DNA from: an uncultured Oscillospiraceae bacterium
Lineage (GTDB): Bacteria > Bacillota > Clostridia > Oscillospirales > Ruminococcaceae
Assembly (NCBI GenBank): GCA_964555125.1
Contig: CAZKRQ010000005.1
Span: 1 to 19,474 of the forward strand
DNA length: 19,474 bases
Direction: 5' to 3'
Positions 13,703-19,474 of this stretch are shown one piece after another. Under the pieces are notes generated by a model. It searched no databases. It was not told where the DNA came from and worked only from the letters and a program-made list of their open reading frames with translations. The translations under genes were made by a program, and so were the position numbers. Each line of letters starts with the position of its first letter. The first letter of the stretch is position 1.

Positions 13703-15865
13703 CTACTGTATGGCGCGCTGGATTGTCTCGACGTCGCGGATCTTCTTCAGCCGCGCGATGACCGAATTGAGGTGCTCGATCGAGTTGATGCCGATGGTCA
13801 CGGTGATGATCGCCCGGCCGTCCTGCGTGACCTTGGTGTTAAACGCAAAGATGGCGATGTGCATCGCGGTGAGCTGGGTGCTGATGTCGGCGATCAGGCC
13901 CTGGCGGTCGACGCAGACAATCTCGAGGGTTGATTTGAAATCCTCCTTGACATTGTCGGCCCACTCGACCTTGACCCAGCGCAGCGAGTCCTCGTCGAGC
14001 ACCCGCGCCGCCGAAACATTGACGCAGTCCCGCTTGTGAATCGAGACGCCGTGGCCGCGGGTGATAAAGCCGACGATGTCGTCGCCGGGCAATGGGTTAC
14101 AGCATTTCGCAAACTTGACCAGGCAGTTGTCGAGCCCCTCGACAATGACACCCTCGGCCGACTTGGTTTTCGCGACCTTGGGCACGTCGAACACCTCGAC
14201 GGGGTCGGACTGCTTGAGCAGCTTGGCGTATTCCTCCTTGACCTTGGGCATGATGCGGCTCATGAGCAGGCCGCCGTAGCCGAGCGAGGCGAACATCTCC
14301 TCCGCGGAGTTCATCTTCTGCCGCTTGACGATCTCATTCACAAAATCGTCGTATTGCTCGGGCGGGATGCTGATGAGATAGCGGCGCAGCTCGCGGTCGA
14401 ACATCTGCTTGCCCTCGGCGATGTTCTCCTCGCGTCTCTCGCGCTTAAACCAGGAACGGATCTTGCTCTTCGCCTCGCCGGTCTTGACGATATTCAGCCA
14501 GTCGCGGCTCGGCCCCTTATCCTTCGCGCCGGTCAGCACCTCGACGATCTCGCCGGTTTTCACCTGATAGCTCAGCGGCACGATGCGGCCGTTGACCTTT
14601 GCACCGGTCATGCGGTTGCCGACGGCGGAGTGGATCGCATAGGCAAAGTCGATGACCGTGGCGCCGGCGGGCAGGTCGATGACGTCCCCCTTGGGGGTGA
14701 AGACAAAGACCTCCTCGGGCAGCAGGTCGCTCTTGATGTTGCGCAGGATGTCGACCGCATCCTCCGACTCCTTTTGACTCTCGAGCAGCTGGCGCACCCA
14801 GGCGAGGCGCTCCTCGAGCTTATCCTTTCCGCTGATGCCGACCTTGTATTTCCAGTGCGCCTCGATGCCGTATTCGGCGGTGTAGTGCATGTCATAGGTG
14901 CGGATCTGGATCTCGAACGGCACCGCCTCCCTGCCGACAACCGTTGTGTGCAGCGACTGATAGCCGTTCGGCTTCGAGGTCGAGATATAGTCTTTAAAGC
15001 GGTTGGAGATGGGGCGGTACATATCGTGGATAATGCCCAGCGCGTTATAGCACTCGGTCACCGTGTTGACGATCACCCGCACGGCGTAAATGTCGTAGAT
15101 CTCCTCAAACGATTTGTTCTGCACATACAGCTTGCGGTAGGTGCTGTAAATCGACTTGACCCGGCTCATGATCTCAAAATCCTGCATTCCGTTCGCGGTC
15201 AGCCGCGCGGAAATATCCTGCGTGATCTTCTCGATAAAGGTCTCGTCCTTGTCGTTGCGGCTGAGCAGATATGCGATCTCCTGATAACCGACAGGGTCGA
15301 GATACTTGAGCGCGAGATCCTCGAGCTCCTCCTTGACCGCGCTCATGCCGAGGCGGTGGGCGATGGGGGCGTAGACCTCCATCGTCTCGAGGGATTTGAT
15401 GCGCTGCTTGTGCTCGGGCATCGCGTCGAGGGTGCGCATATTGTGAAGGCGGTCGCACAGCTTGATAATCATGACCCGGATATCCCGGCTCATGGCGAAG
15501 AGCATTTTGCGCACGTTTTCCGCCTGCTGCTCCTCGACGGAGGAAAACGGGATGCGCCCCAGCTTGGTCACGCCGTCCACGAGAAGGGCGACCTCGTCGC
15601 CGAACCCGGCGCGCACCTCGTCGAGGGTCACGCCCGTATCCTCCACGACGTCGTGCAGCAGCGCGGCGCACAGGCTTTCAGTATCCAGCCCCATCTCGGT
15701 GAGCAGCGACGCCACATAGACCGGGTGAATGATATACGGCTCGCCGGAATGGCGGAATTGCCCCTCGTGACTCTTTTCGGCAAGCCGGTAGGCCTTCTCG
15801 ATCCGCGCGAGATCGTATTGCCGGCCGCTGGCCTCTATTTGCTGTTTGAGTTCTTCAAATGTCAT
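13703..15865 (-). CDS. relA: Bifunctional (p)ppGpp synthetase/hydrolase RelA/SpoT (Rel).
   Basis: HD hydrolase, synthetase, TGS and ACT regions are recognisable (e.g. HDVVEDT, RxKxxxSxxxK). The start was set at the ATG at 15863-15865 with a GAGGGA RBS, giving 720 aa. Confidence 0.9.
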   Translation of the reverse strand: MTFEELKQQIEASGRQYDLARIEKAYRLAEKSHEGQFRHSGEPYIIHPVYVASLLTEMGLDTESLCAALLHDVVEDTGVTLDEVRAGFGDEVALLVDGVTKLGRIPFSSVEEQQAENVRKMLFAMSRDIRVMIIKLCDRLHNMRTLDAMPEHKQRIKSLETMEVYAPIAHRLGMSAVKEELEDLALKYLDPVGYQEIAYLLSRNDKDETFIEKITQDISARLTANGMQDFEIMSRVKSIYSTYRKLYVQNKSFEEIYDIYAVRVIVNTVTECYNALGIIHDMYRPISNRFKDYISTSKPNGYQSLHTTVVGREAVPFEIQIRTYDMHYTAEYGIEAHWKYKVGISGKDKLEERLAWVRQLLESQKESEDAVDILRNIKSDLLPEEVFVFTPKGDVIDLPAGATVIDFAYAIHSAVGNRMTGAKVNGRIVPLSYQVKTGEIVEVLTGAKDKGPSRDWLNIVKTGEAKSKIRSWFKRERREENIAEGKQMFDRELRRYLISIPPEQYDDFVNEIVKRQKMNSAEEMFASLGYGGLLMSRIMPKVKEEYAKLLKQSDPVEVFDVPKVAKTKSAEGVIVEGLDNCLVKFAKCCNPLPGDDIVGFITRGHGVSIHKRDCVNVSAARVLDEDSLRWVKVEWADNVKEDFKSTLEIVCVDRQGLIADISTQLTAMHIAIFAFNTKVTQDGRAIITVTIGINSIEHLNSVIARLKKIRDVETIQRAIQ

Positions 15866-15963
15866 AAATTCCCTCGAATCGACCGGCCCCCGCTCCGGCG
15901 GGGCGCCGTCCCATAAAAACGCGGATTGTAAAAACGGCCCTTCGTCCGCGCTTTGCCGGCCGG

Positions 15964-18027
15964 TCAGGCCGGGCAAACCTCCTGCGGCTGCGCCGGCCCC
16001 GCCAGCGCGCAGAAGAGCGCGGAGCCCTCCAAAGGACGTTTCTCATGCACCGCCGCCGCCCGCACGAGCTGGCGGCCCTCGCCGTCCGGCGCCGTCTCGG
16101 CCAGCCCGAGCTCGGCGAGCACATCCAGAATGGCACAGGTCTTTCCGGGCGTCAGCGAGGGCGCCGCGGCGATCAGCGCGCGCATATCCTGCCGGTCAAA
16201 CGGCGCGGCGCGCAGGCGGCGATAGACCGCCGCGACATCCTCGCGGCGCAGCGAGAGCAGCGCCCTGTCCTCCGGGGCGAGCGCGCGGCCCGCGCACAGG
16301 CAGGCATAGGCCTCGATCGAGCGGTAGGTGTCCTCCGTCAGGCCGGGCGGCGCGACGTCCTTGAATTTGACCGAGATATAATTCCTCCCGTTTGCGTGGA
16401 ATATCGAAAGGGTAAAGGCGGCGTCCAGCCTGTCGCCGACCCGAAAGGGCAGCCGCGCCGGCGCGACGCCGAACAGCGCGCCCGCAAGGGTCCGTCCGTT
16501 TTTCTTAAAGGTCAGCCGCGTGTGCTTTTCGCCAAGCGGCGCCGCTGCCGCAAGGGTCGCGCCGCGCAGGGCGAAAACCGGCTCCTCGTTGCCTCTGCCA
16601 AACGGCGCGAGCGCGGCCAGCTCGCCCACCGCCGCCTCGCTGATTTCGGCGAGATCGGGCTCGCTGTCGATCACGAGCTCCGCGCAGCCGAAGCGGAACG
16701 GGTGGTTGCGGCAATATTCATAGATCCGCTCGCGAAACGGCTCGACATTCTCCGGCGACAGCGTAAAGCCCGCCGCCAGCTCGTGCCCGCCCCATTTTTG
16801 CAGCAGGTCGGCGCAGGCGTTGATCGCGTCGTGCAGCGAAAAGCCGCGCACCGAGCGGCCGCTACCCTTCGCGTGGTTCCCCTCGTTGGTGATGACGATG
16901 ACCGGCTTGCCGTAGCGCTCCACAAGGCGGGAGCACGCAATGCCGATCACCCCGCCGTGCAGGGCTTCGCCGGCGACGATGAGAACCGGCTTTTTGACGA
17001 GCGCCGCGTCCGCGTCGATCGCCCGCGCGATGGCCTTCGCGCAATCGGTCTCGGCCGCCTGACGCTCTTTGTTCAGCGCCTCGAGCTGCTGCGCGAGCTC
17101 GGCGGCCTCCTCCATGTCGTCGGTGATGAGCAGGCGCAGCGCGAGCTCGGCGTTGCCCATGCGGCCCGCCGCGTTGATCCGCGGCGAGAGGGTAAAGGCG
17201 ACCGACTGGCTGTCGACCGTCTCGAGATCGAGGCCCGCGACCTCGCATAGCGCCGCAAGGCCCATATTGTCACAGTGGGCGAGCGAGGCGAGCCCCCGCC
17301 GGACGATCGTGCGGTTCTCGCCGCGCAGCGGCATGATGTCCGCAACCGTCCCAATCGCGACGAGATAGCCGTATTCCTCGAGCAGCTCGCCGGGCGCGCA
17401 GCCCTCCACGGCGCAAAGCAGCTTAAACGCGACCCCGACGCCCGCCAGATCCTTGAATGAGCTCGCGTCCTCCGCGCGCAGCGGATCGACGACGGCGAAG
17501 GCCTCGGGCAGCGTTTCGCCGGGCAGGTGATGGTCGCACACGATCACGTCGACCCCCTTTTGCTGCGCGAGGGCGATCTCCTCATAGGCGGAAATGCCGT
17601 TGTCAACCGTCACGATCAGGCTCGCGCCCACCTTGGTGAGGTTCTCGACCGCCTGCGCCGAGAGCCCGTAGCCCGTCGCCTCTCTCGCCGGCAGCGAGAG
17701 CACGACGTCGGCGCCGCGGCTCTGCAAATAGAGATACATCATCGACGTGGAGGTGATGCCGTCGACGTCGTAATCGCCGAACACCGCGATGCGCTCCTCC
17801 TTCTCGATCGCCGCGTTGATGCGCGCCGCCGCCTTTTCCATGTCGGCGATATGCATCGGGTCCTCCAGCTCGCCGCCGTCGTCGAAGAACTGGCGGGCCA
17901 GCTCGGGCGTGGCATAGCCGCGCGCCGCCAAAACGCGCGCCGCCAGACTCGAAATATGCAGCGACCCGCACAGCGCCTGCACGGCGGCCTCGTCCGCTGT
18001 TTTCACCTTCCACCGCTTAAATGACAT
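15964..18027 (-). CDS. recJ: Single-stranded-DNA-specific exonuclease RecJ.
   Basis: DHH (VFGDYDVDGITS, DHH) and DHHA1 motifs. 687 aa. AGAGGGA RBS. Confidence 0.9.
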   Translation of the reverse strand: MSFKRWKVKTADEAAVQALCGSLHISSLAARVLAARGYATPELARQFFDDGGELEDPMHIADMEKAAARINAAIEKEERIAVFGDYDVDGITSTSMMYLYLQSRGADVVLSLPAREATGYGLSAQAVENLTKVGASLIVTVDNGISAYEEIALAQQKGVDVIVCDHHLPGETLPEAFAVVDPLRAEDASSFKDLAGVGVAFKLLCAVEGCAPGELLEEYGYLVAIGTVADIMPLRGENRTIVRRGLASLAHCDNMGLAALCEVAGLDLETVDSQSVAFTLSPRINAAGRMGNAELALRLLITDDMEEAAELAQQLEALNKERQAAETDCAKAIARAIDADAALVKKPVLIVAGEALHGGVIGIACSRLVERYGKPVIVITNEGNHAKGSGRSVRGFSLHDAINACADLLQKWGGHELAAGFTLSPENVEPFRERIYEYCRNHPFRFGCAELVIDSEPDLAEISEAAVGELAALAPFGRGNEEPVFALRGATLAAAAPLGEKHTRLTFKKNGRTLAGALFGVAPARLPFRVGDRLDAAFTLSIFHANGRNYISVKFKDVAPPGLTEDTYRSIEAYACLCAGRALAPEDRALLSLRREDVAAVYRRLRAAPFDRQDMRALIAAAPSLTPGKTCAILDVLAELGLAETAPDGEGRQLVRAAAVHEKRPLEGSALFCALAGPAQPQEVCPA

Positions 18028-18174
18028 GCAATTCCCTCTATGCTCTCTTTCATTCGTTTTGATCCGTGGTCCTGCCGCCCGGCGGCGAGCCTCATTTTGG
18101 CCGGGGCCCCGCGCGCGGGGGGGCGGGCCGGATCCGCGAAAAATCCTCTCTTTGACGGCAAAACGCCGCAGGAC

Positions 18175-19474
18175 TCAGAACGGGCGGTACCGCTCCATCA
18201 GCGCGAGCGCGGTGCGCAGCCCGTCCACCGCGGCGGAGGTGATGCCGCCGGCATAGCCCGCGCCCTCCCCGCAGGGGTACAGCCCGGCGATGCCCACCGC
18301 CTCGCGGTTGTCGCCGCGCAGGATGCGGACAGGGCTGCTCGTGCGGGTCTCCGCGCCGGTGAGGATCGCCGCCGGATCGTCAAACCCGCGCAGACGCCGG
18401 CCGAGCCCGCCCATACCCTCGCGCAGACAGGCGGTCAGCTCCTCACCGAACAGCGCGCCGAAATCGCAGGCGCGCACGCCGCGCGGATAGCTCGGCGACA
18501 CCTTCCCGACACGCAGGCTTTCCGCGCCCCGCAAAAATCCGGCGAGATCCTGCGCCGGGGCGCAAAATCCGCCGCCGCCCAGCGCGAACGCCTTTTGTTC
18601 GAGCGCGCGCTGAAACGCGAGGGCGCGAAACGGGTCGCCGCCAAAATCCCGCCTGCCCACCCCGACGGCGACGGCGCTGTTGGCGTTTTTGCCCGCGCGC
18701 GACGACTCGCTCATCCCATTCGTCACCACACCGCCCGCCTCGGAGGCCGCGGCGATCACCTCGCCGCCCGGGCACATGCAAAAGGTATAGACGCCGCGGC
18801 CGCGCACATGGGTCGAGAGCGCGTATTCCGCCGGGGGCAGACAGGGCGAGCCCGCCGCCTTTCCGTACACGGCGCGGTCGATCTCGCTTTGCAGGTGCTC
18901 GATGCGAAAGCCGACCGAAAAGGGCTTGGCCTCGAGCGCCGCGCCGCGCGCCCGCAGCAGGGCGAAGACGTCGCGCGCGCTGTGCCCGCAGCAGAGCAGC
19001 AGCGCCTCGGCGGCGAGCGGGGCGCCCCCCGCCGACACGCCGCACAGCGCGCCGTTTTTCACCGTGATGTCCTCGAGACGCGCGCCGAAACGGACCTCTC
19101 CGCCCAGCGCGCAGATCCGCGCGCGAAGGCGGGCCACGATGCCCCGCAACAGGTCGGTGCCGATATGCGGCTTCGCCTGTGTCAAAACGGATGCAGGCGC
19201 CCCAAACCGCACAAAGGTCTCCAGCACATAGTCGCACAGCGGGTCGTGGATGCGGGTGGTGAGCTTTCCGTCCGAAAACGCGCCCGCGCCGCCCTCGCCG
19301 AACTGCACATTGCACTCGGGGTCGAGGGCCCCTCCCGCGAAAAAGGCGTCAACCGCGCGCACCCGCGCCGCGATCTCCCCGCCCCGCTCCAGCACGACCT
19401 GCCGGTAGCCGCATTCCGCGAGCAGCAGCGCCGCGAACATGCCCGCCGGGCCGAAGCCAGCGACGAGAGGGCGG
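18175..19474 (-). CDS. FAD-dependent oxidoreductase (COG2509-like uncharacterised FAD-dependent dehydrogenase). The N-terminus lies just beyond the window end.
   Basis: Rossmann motif VAGFGPAGMFAALLLAE spans the window edge. The ORF continues to 19474 in frame. Confidence 0.75.
   Translation of the reverse strand, partial: RPLVAGFGPAGMFAALLLAECGYRQVVLERGGEIAARVRAVDAFFAGGALDPECNVQFGEGGAGAFSDGKLTTRIHDPLCDYVLETFVRFGAPASVLTQAKPHIGTDLLRGIVARLRARICALGGEVRFGARLEDITVKNGALCGVSAGGAPLAAEALLLCCGHSARDVFALLRARGAALEAKPFSVGFRIEHLQSEIDRAVYGKAAGSPCLPPAEYALSTHVRGRGVYTFCMCPGGEVIAAASEAGGVVTNGMSESSRAGKNANSAVAVGVGRRDFGGDPFRALAFQRALEQKAFALGGGGFCAPAQDLAGFLRGAESLRVGKVSPSYPRGVRACDFGALFGEELTACLREGMGGLGRRLRGFDDPAAILTGAETRTSSPVRILRGDNREAVGIAGLYPCGEGAGYAGGITSAAVDGLRTALALMERYRPF

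Noticed and set aside
14036-15916. 626-aa plus-strand ORF
   Set aside because: Entirely antisense to relA, whose product has unmistakable Rel motifs. The ORF is a GC artefact.
18098-18131. GC-rich imperfect palindrome GGCCGGGGCCCCGCGCGCGGGGGGGCGGGCCGG between the FAD-oxidoreductase stop and the recJ start
   Set aside because: Imperfect pairing and no U-tract on either strand. Possibly just GC-rich spacer. Not called as a terminator.
1-19474. CRISPR arrays, tRNA/rRNA genes, IS elements, integrases, defence-system genes
   Set aside because: None was seen. There are no regularly spaced direct repeats, no tRNA-like cloverleaf candidates, no transposase, recombinase or nuclease families. The window is core chromosome rather than an accessory island.

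Overview
High-GC (about 65%) Clostridia-like chromosomal segment. It is densely coding, almost all on the minus strand, and consists of housekeeping and sporulation genes; no rRNA, tRNA, CRISPR array, IS or phage gene is recognisable. From right to left the minus strand carries a partial FAD-dependent oxidoreductase, recJ, relA/spoT, dtd, an MBL-fold hydrolase, HemZ-like radical-SAM coproporphyrinogen dehydrogenase and a Udk/PRK-like P-loop kinase. These are followed by a small coiled-coil/zinc-ribbon protein, a SpoVB/MurJ-family flippase gene interrupted by an in-frame TAA, mazG, hup (HU), yabO (S4), yabP, yabQ, divIC/ftsB-like and a GNAT acetyltransferase. The only plus-strand genes form the most notable unit: a PspA/IM30 envelope-stress module (pspA, a YdjG-like double zinc-ribbon membrane protein, a YdjI-like SPFH/Band-7 protein with a C-terminal zinc ribbon). 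It is flanked by a divergently transcribed zinc-ribbon/TM protein that may be its missing membrane partner. Other points of interest are a structured 314-bp convergent intergenic region that holds a 42-bp perfect duplicate of the GNAT gene 3' end plus three hairpins, a probable attenuator between pspA and the downstream genes, a GC-rich inverted repeat between the divergent promoters, and four separate zinc-ribbon proteins within 19 kb. The long plus-strand ORFs in the six-frame track that lie opposite the minus-strand genes are antisense artefacts of high GC content. All protein family calls are from motif recognition by eye and need HMM or BLAST confirmation.
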